Shown: piece after piece, positions 7,009 through 16,842 of the stretch
Position numbering within the stretch: position 1 is the first letter of the stretch
Layout: the number at the start of each line of letters is the position of its first letter
From: Planctomycetia bacterium
GTDB lineage: Bacteria > Planctomycetota > Planctomycetia > Pirellulales > PALSA-1355
Direction: 5' to 3'
NCBI GenBank assembly: GCA_016200205.1
Contig: JACQFF010000060.1
Coordinates: 1-63,795, forward strand
DNA length: 63,795 nt
Notes under the pieces: generated by a model
What the model was told of the DNA's origin: nothing
What the model saw: the letters and a program-made list of their open reading frames with translations, nothing else
Database searches by the model: none
Program-made: the position numbers and the translations under genes

Positions 7009-9487
7009 GCTTGAGCGCCGAATTCCAATCCTGGTGCTTCACCTTTCGCACGGATCCATCCCGGGTTTGCGGTTTGCGATCGCCCGTTGGGTTCGTAAAT
7101 TTCGTATTTTCGTGGGCGGAAGCGGTCCGCCGCTGCCGTTGGGACAGGCGGCCCTCGCGCGGCACGTCGCTCGACGCGCTGGTCCCCTCGGCGAATGACG
7201 TGTCGGCAGCCGAATCGATGTCGTTGGCGTTCAGTCCCAGCGGCCCCCAATCGAACCCTTGTTTGTTGGCCGCTGCGGTTCGCAAGCCAGATTGTCGACG
7301 AGCATCGGTCGAGTTCTCGGGGCTCGGCTCCGCAGATTCCGGTGAGGGTAGCAGTTCTGTTTCTGGCGACGGCAGGTCCGCGGGGAAGACGGCTTCGTGC
7401 GGCACGCCTTCGGCGGGCGTTCCTTCCGGTATCCCTTCCCCTCCCTGCGCGTTGACATTTTGATTGATCGGACCCTGACTGAAGACGCTTGGGCGAGTGT
7501 AACCATAGTTGAGATACAGGCTCGCGTCACGCTGGCGGGCCAAGCGGTGCGCATCGAACTTGGCTTTCGCCGGCCAGGGGCCTTCGGCCAGGTAGACGCC
7601 ATTGTATTCCAGCAAAGACCCCTTGCGAAGATGGACGGTGATAATGGCTCGTTGATAGTCGAGCAGCGTGCGGAAATAGCTCGTTTGGGCTTCCGCCCGA
7701 CGCCGCTGGGCTTCCAAAAGCTGATCGAGCGTGACCGTTTCGGCTTCGAACGCGGCTGCCACCGCTTCGACCTGTCGATCGGCGGCCAAGGTGCGGTTGA
7801 AATTGGTTTGCGTGAGTTGATAGTTGAGGTTCAGTTGTCGCACGGCGTCGACCAGTTGATGCGACACCTCCAGTTCCTCGTCTTGCAACTTAGCGCGCTC
7901 CCGGGCCAGACTCAACTGATAGAAGCGGACCTGGGCCAATTCCTGGCGAAAGCCCAGGGGCATGATCATCTGGGCACCGAGGGCCCATTCCTGGAACTGC
8001 CCACTGGCCAGCGTATGGGCGGCACTGGTGTCGAGGAGAAACCTGTTCCCGGGCGCTTGAGTGTTGGCGTTGTAAGCCCGTCCGGTTCCGACCAATTCAT
8101 CGCCCAAGCCCAACCAGCGATAGGTGCCGTTCAAGTCCAAACGGGGTTGCAGCAAGTTCTTGGCGGCAATCACCTGCAGCTCCTGCTGCTTGATGCGCCA
8201 TTTTTGCCGCCGCAGGTCGACGCTGCGGGCCAGTGCTTCTTCGGTGATTTCCCGCCAATCAAAATTGACTTTGGCCACCGTCGGCTTGTCGATCGGCTGA
8301 ATCAGCCGGCCGTCCGTGGTAGCGATGCCCATCACGTATCGCAAGCGGCCCTCGGCTCGGAGCAATTCATTGAGCAGCGTTTGCGTCGTGCTCTTGAACT
8401 GAAAATACTGTTCGCGAGCTTGGGCTTCTTCTTTTGCTTCACCACCCTTGCTGCCCACGACGTAGAGCAAGTGAATTTTCTTCCACGTTTGTTTTGCGCT
8501 GTTCAAAGCCGTGTTCGACGTTTCCAGGTTGCGCCACGCAAAGGCCAGTTCCCAGTACGCACTTTCCGTGTCGTTCACCAGGTTGCGAACGCCGATCTCG
8601 AACTCGGCCAGGCTGACATCGACGTTGATGCGGGCCAGCAGCACGCCGTCGAATCCAGGCGTCAGGAGATTATTACCCGGAATGAAGGTGAACGGATTGA
8701 CCGGCCCGGCAATCCGGTTGAATTCGGCGCCGGCGCCCGCCAACAACGGCTGATTGAACGACATTTCGTAATTGAGGTTCCAATCCTTGGGCACTCCGCC
8801 GACGCCGACGGGCGGATCTTGCTGCCGCGTGGGGTTGTTATTCAAGTCATACACGATGTTGTTGCGAATCGTGAATTGACCGCCCTGACCTGTCACCTTG
8901 GTCAACTGCGTATTGAACGTGGCCGTGTTTTGGTTGAAGATCGGCGTGAAAAATGGGCTAACCGGCTGTAATGTGTTGACGTTCTGTTGGTGGTTGTTTT
9001 TCTGATAAAACAAGTTGGTCGACCAGCGGGCATCGAAGGCCGACAGGGCCGCTTCCACGCCGCTGAAGGGAGTCGTTTCGGTAATCGCTGGGTCATAGAC
9101 GGTGCGTGTCACGTCAGGACCGGTTGTCAGCGCATCGGGCGCGTCGCCGGTTTGGGCACGATTGTTGAACGCCGAACTGACAAACCGCCCGCCCAGGGAT
9201 CGCATCGCTTTGGCGTTGTGCAGCGAGGTTTTGATCGCTTCTTCGAGGGTCAGTCTCCAGTAGCTTTTGAATTTCAAGTTTTCCAAGGTCAGCGGCTCGA
9301 ACGCTTCTGTGACTTCGGCGAGCGGCGTGGCGTTGACGTCGGGATACTCGATATCGCTGGCCACATCGACATAGTGCGATAGATCGCCGTCCTCGTGCAG
9401 ATAGAACGGCTGCTGCGGACGGCAACCCATGAATGCTAGCGTGGTGAACGCTAGAATTGCCCAAATGGTGTGGACTCGCCGGTTCAT
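6941..9487 (-). CDS. TolC-like outer membrane efflux protein (OEP family) lipoprotein with long disordered C-terminal tail
   Basis: Signal peptide plus lipobox (LAFMGC). Coiled-coil/beta-barrel repeat character typical of outer membrane factor proteins (LTLEEAIKTSLHNAK, ...LLDYQRAIITVH). The last ~200 aa are Pro/Ser/Glu-rich low complexity. The 3' end overlaps the WYL gene by 68 nt. Confidence 0.75.
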   Translation of the reverse strand: MNRRVHTIWAILAFTTLAFMGCRPQQPFYLHEDGDLSHYVDVASDIEYPDVNATPLAEVTEAFEPLTLENLKFKSYWRLTLEEAIKTSLHNAKAMRSLGGRFVSSAFNNRAQTGDAPDALTTGPDVTRTVYDPAITETTPFSGVEAALSAFDARWSTNLFYQKNNHQQNVNTLQPVSPFFTPIFNQNTATFNTQLTKVTGQGGQFTIRNNIVYDLNNNPTRQQDPPVGVGGVPKDWNLNYEMSFNQPLLAGAGAEFNRIAGPVNPFTFIPGNNLLTPGFDGVLLARINVDVSLAEFEIGVRNLVNDTESAYWELAFAWRNLETSNTALNSAKQTWKKIHLLYVVGSKGGEAKEEAQAREQYFQFKSTTQTLLNELLRAEGRLRYVMGIATTDGRLIQPIDKPTVAKVNFDWREITEEALARSVDLRRQKWRIKQQELQVIAAKNLLQPRLDLNGTYRWLGLGDELVGTGRAYNANTQAPGNRFLLDTSAAHTLASGQFQEWALGAQMIMPLGFRQELAQVRFYQLSLARERAKLQDEELEVSHQLVDAVRQLNLNYQLTQTNFNRTLAADRQVEAVAAAFEAETVTLDQLLEAQRRRAEAQTSYFRTLLDYQRAIITVHLRKGSLLEYNGVYLAEGPWPAKAKFDAHRLARQRDASLYLNYGYTRPSVFSQGPINQNVNAQGGEGIPEGTPAEGVPHEAVFPADLPSPETELLPSPESAEPSPENSTDARRQSGLRTAAANKQGFDWGPLGLNANDIDSAADTSFAEGTSASSDVPREGRLSQRQRRTASAHENTKFTNPTGDRKPQTRDGSVRKVKHQDWNSALKHESVENQPSGPTVGPAASGQGS

Positions 9488-9844
9488 CGATCGACCCTTG
9501 GGGGTTTGTGTCCCGAACGCACTGGTTGCCGAGATGAACTGATAAACGCAATCGGCAGCGGCAAACCTTAGTTACTGGACGCCCCCCGTCCACACCGGCT
9601 TCCGCGCCGGGCTGGCGCAGTCGCGCTGCAACCCAAGCGAGGAATTCAGTAGACCAACTTATCGACTGCGCAGTCATCAAACTTCGGAAAATCTTCGCAG
9701 AACTAAGAATCAGCAAAGTAGGCAGAGTCGCCTTATTGTTTCTAGTTTACCTGAAATCGCGCAGCGTCGACGCGATAGCACCCGCCAAAGATCAAATAGG
9801 TGCTTTGAGGGAAATGGACGAGCTGTCCGCGAGGCAATGCGGCC

Positions 9845-10321
9845 CTACAAGTACATGCCGACGAAGCCGCCCCGCTGGTCGCTTTGGGCCTGCAATTGTT
9901 CGATGCGGGCGACGGTTTGCGCTAAATCGCCTGCAGCTATAAAGCGGTCGAACTCAATCTCCACCGCTTTGGTTACGGTTTCGGCCAGCCAGGCCGAAAC
10001 CGGCTGCGTAAGCCAATCGCATGTTTCGCGCACCAACTCGACTTGCAAATCGCAACGCAGTGTCTTGCGATCGGCTGCGTCGGTTAGGGCCGTTCCCTCG
10101 AAACGGTATTGCAGCATGCCAAAGTCGCCTTGATTCGTGAGGTGAAACGTGCACTCGGCGTTGTACAGAAAATAAGAATTGTGCGAACCGTGTGTTTCCA
10201 GGGCGTGTTTGATGCGCTCGCAACGGGCCCGAAAAGCGGGCGAAGCGTCGATCGGGATATCCATCCGCCCAACGGAGCGCAGTGGTAAACAATCAAATTC
10301 GATGTCGACGTATTGGCTCAT
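9845..10321 (-). CDS. Hypothetical protein (158 aa)
   Basis: Clean ORF 47 nt downstream of the 728-aa gene on the same strand, so probably co-transcribed. I recognise no domain. Confidence 0.6.
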   Translation of the reverse strand: MSQYVDIEFDCLPLRSVGRMDIPIDASPAFRARCERIKHALETHGSHNSYFLYNAECTFHLTNQGDFGMLQYRFEGTALTDAADRKTLRCDLQVELVRETCDWLTQPVSAWLAETVTKAVEIEFDRFIAAGDLAQTVARIEQLQAQSDQRGGFVGMYL

Positions 10322-10368
10322 TACGTCACCCCCGTCAATGTCGCGACGCGGCCAATCGGATTATTTGG

Positions 10369-12552
10369 TCATTTAACGTCAGAGGCCACTTTATTTGCCC
10401 CTTGGCTGGGCGCGCCGTTTTTGACCCAGGCCATGACTAACCATCCACCATCGGCTTGCAACTGCTTGAGATCAAGCCGGCCGGCCTGTTCCCATCGGCC
10501 GGGCAAGGTCAGCCCTTGGGAAACGATTTCCGGTTCGAACATTTTACCAAATTTCCGCTGCAACAAAGTGCGCAGCGTCACTTGCTGGGCCGACAGGTGG
10601 CCTTGGCCCCGCACGAAACCCGGCGGGACGATCTCCAACTCGCCTTGGCGGACCAGTTTGGATCCCGTGCCGCTGATTTGCACCTTGTAATTGGCCGTGA
10701 CGTTCATGGCCCGAAAGTCGCGATCGCCCGAAGTATACCGCTGGCCGCGCACGGTAACTTGAAGACCGTTATCGTTGAACGCGACCGTCACCGGGCGCGA
10801 ATTGGCAAACGTAATCGACCAGGGATCGCGATCTTCCTCACTTTTGAGTTGTTCCGGCAGCGAGCCGCGCAATTCGATCACTTTGGCTTGCAGTTCTTCC
10901 TCCTTGAGCGTCAGGCCGCTCAAAAGCGCGGCGGCCAGGTTATTGACCAGTGATTCGTGGATCCGCACCGCTAAGTCGTGCGCTGTATTGATATCCGGCG
11001 CTTCTCTGGGCGCGCCAAGTTGGCTGGGGTTGGCCTGCAGCGCGGTGACAAAGAGAAAATCAGCCGATGTGTTGAACTTCAACAGCGCGGGAAATTCGCG
11101 CCGCCGGAGCAACGGATTTCGAAGCTTCTGCAGATAATCGGCTTGGGCCTTCCCCAATTGATCCGTGGCCTGAGAATCGACTCGCTGCCGCACGAGGGCG
11201 GCGGCATGGCTGGAGCCGATTTGTTCGGCTTGGGATTTGCTTTGATAGACTTTTTTTGTCGCAATCCGTTGGATGATGCCTCCCTTGCCCGCCGCGACGC
11301 CCGTAATGGTGGTTTTTGTCGTCGCCGTGGCCGTGGCTGGCAACGCGGCCAAGCCGTTCGCGTCGACGACCATCCGCTTGCGGCCTTGGATTTGGGTCGT
11401 GCCGTTGGCATAGATGGTCGCCGGCCCATTCCGGCCGACGGTGCGCGTGCGCGTCGTGCCGACGAGCATGGTTTCCAGCTCGGCTTTATCGTTGTTGGGC
11501 ACCAATTGCACCGCAAGGCGGCCGACCGTGCGTCCCGTTCCCTTGATGTTCGTGCCGAGAATTACGTCGTGGACCGGCGCCACGTCATCAACCGGCTGCT
11601 CGACACCCGCGGCCACCAGGCGACCAGACATGGCGACGCGCAAATTCGGGAACGAGTATTGATTGCGCGCCGCGCTGACTAGCGCCGGGGCTTGACGCAT
11701 GTTCTGCAGCCAGCCGAGCCGCGTGCCCACGGCCAGGGCCGCTTCTTCGCTGTGGGTGGCCGCCTTCAATCGCTCGGCTTCGTCGGCGTGCTGAGTTCTT
11801 TGGGTGAGGTCGTTGGCATATTGCCGTAATTCATCGGCCAGGCCCTTGAGTTGCGCCGCATATTCAGTTCGCAAATCGTCGCGGCGAGCCGTGAGACTGT
11901 GAATGAATCGGCTCAAGGCAGTGCCTACGTCGGCGAACACCGGCATTTCCAAACCATTTTGATCCGCCGTGAACCGCTGTTCGACCGATTTCAAGACGGC
12001 TGCGTCCGGCGTGGCTGAGGGCAATTGGGACTGGAGATCTTTGAATCGCAGGTATTCTTTCCAGGCCGTGCCGTTCGTTCCGCTGGCAGTCAGAAAGGCG
12101 TCGAGCTTGACGGCGGCGGCTTCAAGCGCGGTTTTGGCCGCGGCGACGTCGGCGTCGGTGATCGGCTGAAAGTTCGACTCCGACTCGAGCGCGGCTTGCG
12201 GCAGGCCGGCTTTCGCCACCACCACGTCGATCGACCACTCGACAAGCGCGTGGCGCAAATTTCTGAACGGCGCGAGCTCCAAGCCGTTGGCTCCGCTGTC
12301 GAGTTGTTTGATCGTCTTGGCGATCACGGCCGGATCGGCACTCGCGCCTTTGACCGCCTCGGCCTCTAGCGCCGGCAAATTCAAATAGTCGACCCATCCC
12401 TTGGCGTTTGGTCCAGAATTGAGCCACGCATTCAGGTTTTGAAGCGCCGCGAGGACCGGCGCAGCGCCTTCCGCTGCCCATGCGGACGCGCAAAATATGC
12501 AGGCTGTGGCAACGGCCGCTGCTGTTGCGAGGGAGCGAATTTGGGTTCGCAT
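10369..12552 (-). CDS. Secreted hypothetical protein (728 aa)
   Basis: ATG 12552 is preceded by AAGGAG. The N-terminus MRTQIRSLATAAAVATACIFCASAWAAEG looks like a signal peptide. I recognise no domain. Confidence 0.7.
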   Translation of the reverse strand: MRTQIRSLATAAAVATACIFCASAWAAEGAAPVLAALQNLNAWLNSGPNAKGWVDYLNLPALEAEAVKGASADPAVIAKTIKQLDSGANGLELAPFRNLRHALVEWSIDVVVAKAGLPQAALESESNFQPITDADVAAAKTALEAAAVKLDAFLTASGTNGTAWKEYLRFKDLQSQLPSATPDAAVLKSVEQRFTADQNGLEMPVFADVGTALSRFIHSLTARRDDLRTEYAAQLKGLADELRQYANDLTQRTQHADEAERLKAATHSEEAALAVGTRLGWLQNMRQAPALVSAARNQYSFPNLRVAMSGRLVAAGVEQPVDDVAPVHDVILGTNIKGTGRTVGRLAVQLVPNNDKAELETMLVGTTRTRTVGRNGPATIYANGTTQIQGRKRMVVDANGLAALPATATATTKTTITGVAAGKGGIIQRIATKKVYQSKSQAEQIGSSHAAALVRQRVDSQATDQLGKAQADYLQKLRNPLLRRREFPALLKFNTSADFLFVTALQANPSQLGAPREAPDINTAHDLAVRIHESLVNNLAAALLSGLTLKEEELQAKVIELRGSLPEQLKSEEDRDPWSITFANSRPVTVAFNDNGLQVTVRGQRYTSGDRDFRAMNVTANYKVQISGTGSKLVRQGELEIVPPGFVRGQGHLSAQQVTLRTLLQRKFGKMFEPEIVSQGLTLPGRWEQAGRLDLKQLQADGGWLVMAWVKNGAPSQGANKVASDVK

Positions 12553-12941
12553 GGCAAAGCTCCTTGGCGAATTTGGAAAGGGTCCGTCGTTTCCTCGCGT
12601 ACTTGATATCACAAAAAGCCGTTATCTGCTACGGCTTTAAGTGCTCGATTCTGGAGATGGCCGACCAATCCTACGCCATTTTCCCGCAGCATCAGAAAAC
12701 AATTTATTCTTCTTATTCTTGTTGTTTTATATATTCACAAAATTTTTCTCGATCAGAAAAGATCCCCTATTCGGCCCATTGCGGTGCCAGCGGGCATGTG
12801 CCACCATGTCGTGAACATTCGTTTCGACAAGTGAACGCAAGCTCGCGTCCATACCTGCCAGATTAGCCAAAAACATACGGCTAGTCCTCGGCCGAACCAA
12901 GCTGGTCGCACGGAAATCACGCATTGCAACAGGAGGATCCC

Positions 12942-14165
12942 GTGTCTCGAACATCGTATTTCATCCTTTTCGGGTTGTTCGGCTGCTTTGTCTGGGAAGC
13001 GCTCAAAGTGACCTCGGAGCACCAGGATCGGCAGTCGCTGCCGTCCGCTAGCAAAATGATCGCCGCCAATTCCGTCTCCGAGGAATCCTCGCCAGGCTCT
13101 CCAGTCGTTCCCGTCGCCACGACGACCACCGTGCAGATGATTACGGCCGAGCAGCAAGACACTCAGAAGGGCCTCGATCAGCCCACGACCGCAGTCACGA
13201 ACGCCAAGAATCTCCCGGCCGATCCCGCGCTCACGGAATCGCCCGCGGGGAATGGAGAGAATCTGGCCGTGAGCCCGGCACTGCCCAATTCGTCGGCCGC
13301 CGATGGGCCGAACCTTCCTGCCAGCCCCACGCCGGGGGAATCAGCGGCTGACGAAGAGTTGGCGCCGGTACCCGCAGGCCTGGTGGTGCATACCGATTAT
13401 CGGGAGGCCATGCAGGAAGCGGCCGAAGATTGCAAAATGTTGTTCATTTACTTCCATGAGCCGGGGCAAAACGCCGCCCGGGTGTCTTTCGAAACATTGA
13501 CATTGGCCGACGAGGAGATTCAAGAGAAACTCAAGCGCTACGTATTCGTGAAGCTGCCGCGCGACGCTTCGATTACGATCGACGGTAAATCCGTCAGCCT
13601 GTTGGGGCATCCCGCCTTCGGGGAAATGCTCGGTCGCCAGGGCGTGGCCATCGTGGATTTGGTGCACGTGCGATCCGAGTACTACGGTTACGTGGTCAGC
13701 ACGTTCCCGTTCACGGCCGGCAAGTATTACCGCAAAGAGGCCCTGTCCATAATCCTCGACCTCCCGCCCGGCACGCTCACCCAGCGAACCATGATCTACG
13801 CGGTTCGCATCCATCCCGAGGCGCCGGCAAGCACGCAAGGCCAGTTCCACACCGTACTGGCTGAAGAGGCGAAAATGAGCGCCGATCACCAGGCGTCGAT
13901 TCTGCTGCAAGGCCATCACAGTTGGGATGCGCGGTTTCAGCGCATCAATGCCAAATTGCCCAGCGGTCTTATGGCCCAAGAAGTTGTGGCCGAAAGTTGG
14001 CCCAACGAAAACCTTGTGGAAGCCTGCGTCGATTGTGTGCACAGTTGGCGGCAAAGCCCGGGCCATTGGGGCGCGGTTCGCGCGCGGCATCCGCTGTTCG
14101 GCTACGACATCAAGCGCGGCCGCAACGGCATCTGGTACGCAACGGGGATTTTCGGGCTGAGGTGA
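12942..14165 (+). CDS. Membrane-anchored protein with thioredoxin-like middle region and C-terminal CAP/SCP (YkwD-like) domain
   Basis: GTG 12942 lies 5 nt after a strong AGGAGG. The order is an N-terminal TM segment (YFILFGLFGCFVW), a Pro-rich linker, then CAP-like motifs (HHSWDARF..., VHSWRQSPGHWGAV, GIWYATGIFG). Confidence 0.75.
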   Translation: MSRTSYFILFGLFGCFVWEALKVTSEHQDRQSLPSASKMIAANSVSEESSPGSPVVPVATTTTVQMITAEQQDTQKGLDQPTTAVTNAKNLPADPALTESPAGNGENLAVSPALPNSSAADGPNLPASPTPGESAADEELAPVPAGLVVHTDYREAMQEAAEDCKMLFIYFHEPGQNAARVSFETLTLADEEIQEKLKRYVFVKLPRDASITIDGKSVSLLGHPAFGEMLGRQGVAIVDLVHVRSEYYGYVVSTFPFTAGKYYRKEALSIILDLPPGTLTQRTMIYAVRIHPEAPASTQGQFHTVLAEEAKMSADHQASILLQGHHSWDARFQRINAKLPSGLMAQEVVAESWPNENLVEACVDCVHSWRQSPGHWGAVRARHPLFGYDIKRGRNGIWYATGIFGLR

Positions 14166-14453
14166 ACTGCCACCGAACGTGGACCGATTCCATCCAGCGT
14201 CAGGCCCCTGCCGGAGCATCATCCCCGATGCGGAGCTCCGGCGGGGGCTTTGCATTGCCGCGCTCAACATCGCGCCGCCCTTTCAAGTGCCGTCTCCAGT
14301 CGCGTTCGACCGATCGCGATCTGTTTGGAATGGGGGGATGTAGCGATCGTACCGTAGGCACGGTTCGAGTCGGCCATCGATGTGGCGAAAATCCATCATG
14401 TTGCCAAAAGTGCATGGTAGTTTTTCAAGTAGCGAGCTAATTGAACGCTCGTA

Positions 14454-16724
14454 ATGCTTGCGAATTCTCCCATGCCGGCGCGCCCCACTGCCTTCGTTCG
14501 GCGCCTTTCCGTCAGGGCCCGGCCCTGTTGGTGGATGCTGTGCTGCGCGCTCGTGGCGGGCGGCTGCGCCAATTGTCAGTTGCCACGCCTCGACCCCAGC
14601 GGTGACCGGATCTTCCTGCCTCCCGGCGCTCCGTCGCGAGGGCAAACTCCCGGTGCGTTGGCCGCACCGGTCACCGCGCCGCTGCCGGCGGGCCAGTGGG
14701 GCATCTCGGTCAGCCCCAGCCAAGTCATTGCCCCAGTGGGCAGCGAAGTCGTGATGATTGCCAGCGTCTGTGGCAGTGAGGGCTTCATGCTGACCAACCA
14801 GCGCGTCGAGTGGATGCTCGCACCGGATGGCGCGGGCCAGTTCATGAGCCCCGGCGAGCGTCGCCCGTTGGACATCGTCGATCGGCTTCACGGCCTGCCC
14901 GCCAAAATCGACAGCCGCTACGTGATCAACACGACTCTCTTCTCGCCGATGACCTTGGACCGCGGCACGCCCACGCCATTGGATGACGTGCTGGTGCAAA
15001 GCGGCCAGTCTTGGGTGAGCGTCACTTCGCCCAGCGAGGGCACTAGCCGGGTGACCGTCTTTGCGCCGACGGTGTTTGGCTGGGATCGGCGGCAACAGAC
15101 GGCGTCGATTTACTGGGTCGATGCGCAGTGGCGGTTTCCGTCGCCGGGGATCACGCCGGTCGGCAGCCGCAAAACGCTGACCACGGTTCTGACGCGGCAG
15201 ACCGACAATTCTCCGCTGCCTTTGTGGCACGTGCGGTACGAAATCACCAGCGGCCCGGACGCCGGCTTTGCGCCGGACGGCACGACCAGCTTGGAAATCC
15301 CCACTGGCGAGACGGGCGAAGCCACGGTGGAGATCTTCCAAAAGCAACCCTCGGCCGGCACGAATCAAATCAACATTCAAGTCATTCGGCCCGCGGGCGT
15401 GGGTGGTCAAAATCGCTCGTTGCCGGTCGGGTCCGGTTCGACGCTGCAAACCTGGACTTCGGCCGAGCCGGCGATTCAAGCGACGGGGCCACCGCAGGCC
15501 GAAGTCGCGGCGCCGATCGCTGCCAGTCCGCCCGCTCAGCCACCGGCCCAAATCGACGTCGCGATCGTCGGGCCCACAACAGCCGTCGTGGGCAGCGACG
15601 CGCAGTTCGAGGTTCGGGTGATCAATCGGGGAGCCGTGCCGGCCAGGCAGTTGCTCGTGACCGATCGATTCGACGCCGGATTGCAGCACGCGGTCGCGGC
15701 CAGTCCGATCGAGCGAAACTTGGACGACTTGCAGCCCGGCGGCATGGCTAGCTTTGCGGTGACATTGCAAGTGACCCAACCGGGCGAATTATGTCAGGAC
15801 GTCGAAGTCACCGGCGAAGGGGGCTTGCGAGCCGCGGCCCGCAGTTGCGTCACGGCCATTGCGCCCGCGCCTCAACCGCCTCCCGTGCAAACAGAGCCAA
15901 CGCAACCGCCAGCGGCTCAGCCCACCCCGGCCCAACCGCCGGCTCAATCTCCAGCAGTATCCGCCCCCGTGCTGTCGGTGAAAAAGACCGGCCCCGACCG
16001 TCGCCGCGTCGGTGAGACAGCCGAGTTCACGATTGACGTGACCAATGGCGGCCAGAACCCGATTGAAGAACTGGTGATCACGGATAATTACGAAACGAGC
16101 TTACGCCCGGAGCAGGCGACCGAGGGTTTCGAACAGCCCCGGGGTCAAGGCCTGGTTTGGCGCATCGGCCGGTTGGCCCCCGGCAAAACGATTCGCCGCA
16201 AGGTGGTTTTCTCTTGCCAGCAGGAAACCCTTCGCGCGTGCAACCGCGTGACGGCAACCGCCGCGGGCATTCCGCCAATGGCCGACGAAGCTTGTCTGGA
16301 AATCGTGGCTCAACAGGCCCCCGCCGCGGCGCCGGCGGCACCCGCCGCGCCGCCGCCGCCGAATCCGCCGATGACTGTTTCTGTCGCGGAAACCGCCGAT
16401 CCGATCAAGGTCGGCGGCGAAACCACGTATCAAATTCTGATCGGCAACATTGGCTCGCAGCCGGAATTCGACGTAGTCGTCGCGGTCACGTTGAGCGATC
16501 AACTACGATTCGAGGGAAGCAATGGTCCCGAGCGAGGCACCGTTGGGCCAAAAGGGGTTCGCTTCGGGGCGATCAAGGAATTGCGGGCCGGTGAATCGCC
16601 GCTGAGCTATGAAATTCGCGCGACCGGCGTGCGCCCGGGCACGGCACGCTTCCACGTCGAAGTAACCAGCCGGGGTCAACCGAAACCCGTCTCGGCCGAC
16701 CAAACGACACAAGTTTTGCCGTAA
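14454..16724 (+). CDS. DUF11 (conserved repeat domain) surface/secreted lipoprotein
   Basis: Lipobox-like LVAGGCANC. Several DUF11-type repeats (VGSDAQFEVRVINRGAVPARQLLVTDRFD, VGETAEFTIDVTNGGQNPIEELVITDNYE, VGGETTYQILIGNIGSQPEFDVVVAVTLSD) are separated by Pro/Ala-rich linkers. Confidence 0.8.
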   Translation: MLANSPMPARPTAFVRRLSVRARPCWWMLCCALVAGGCANCQLPRLDPSGDRIFLPPGAPSRGQTPGALAAPVTAPLPAGQWGISVSPSQVIAPVGSEVVMIASVCGSEGFMLTNQRVEWMLAPDGAGQFMSPGERRPLDIVDRLHGLPAKIDSRYVINTTLFSPMTLDRGTPTPLDDVLVQSGQSWVSVTSPSEGTSRVTVFAPTVFGWDRRQQTASIYWVDAQWRFPSPGITPVGSRKTLTTVLTRQTDNSPLPLWHVRYEITSGPDAGFAPDGTTSLEIPTGETGEATVEIFQKQPSAGTNQINIQVIRPAGVGGQNRSLPVGSGSTLQTWTSAEPAIQATGPPQAEVAAPIAASPPAQPPAQIDVAIVGPTTAVVGSDAQFEVRVINRGAVPARQLLVTDRFDAGLQHAVAASPIERNLDDLQPGGMASFAVTLQVTQPGELCQDVEVTGEGGLRAAARSCVTAIAPAPQPPPVQTEPTQPPAAQPTPAQPPAQSPAVSAPVLSVKKTGPDRRRVGETAEFTIDVTNGGQNPIEELVITDNYETSLRPEQATEGFEQPRGQGLVWRIGRLAPGKTIRRKVVFSCQQETLRACNRVTATAAGIPPMADEACLEIVAQQAPAAAPAAPAAPPPPNPPMTVSVAETADPIKVGGETTYQILIGNIGSQPEFDVVVAVTLSDQLRFEGSNGPERGTVGPKGVRFGAIKELRAGESPLSYEIRATGVRPGTARFHVEVTSRGQPKPVSADQTTQVLP

Positions 16725-16842
16725 AGCAGTAGCCGCACGCCGTGCGCAGCGCTGGAAGAATACCACGGCGCACGGCGAGCGCCTGTTACAATGGCTGGCG
16801 GTCCGTCGGATTTTTCTTGTGGTTGCCAACCCTCGAATCGCC

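Noticed and set aside
14335-14385. tRNA-like T-arm sequence (cacGGTTCGAGTCggcc, preceded by gtagcgatcg)
   Set aside because: The distance from the D-arm-like part to the T-arm is only about 25 nt. There is no room for an anticodon stem-loop and no matching acceptor stem. At most it is a fragment, and I found no intact tRNA anywhere in the window.
14283-15779. 498-aa minus-strand ORF, together with similar long antisense ORFs: 7397..8971(+), 22224..23375(-), 33457..34650(-), 34628..36061(-), 41505..42638(-), 55386..56486(+), 60563..61819(-)
   Set aside because: Each lies opposite a gene with strong family motifs (DUF11, TolC-like, uppS, fliM, trxB, acs, DUF1573, rpsA). Each has the Arg/Gly/His-rich look of GC-rich antisense frames.
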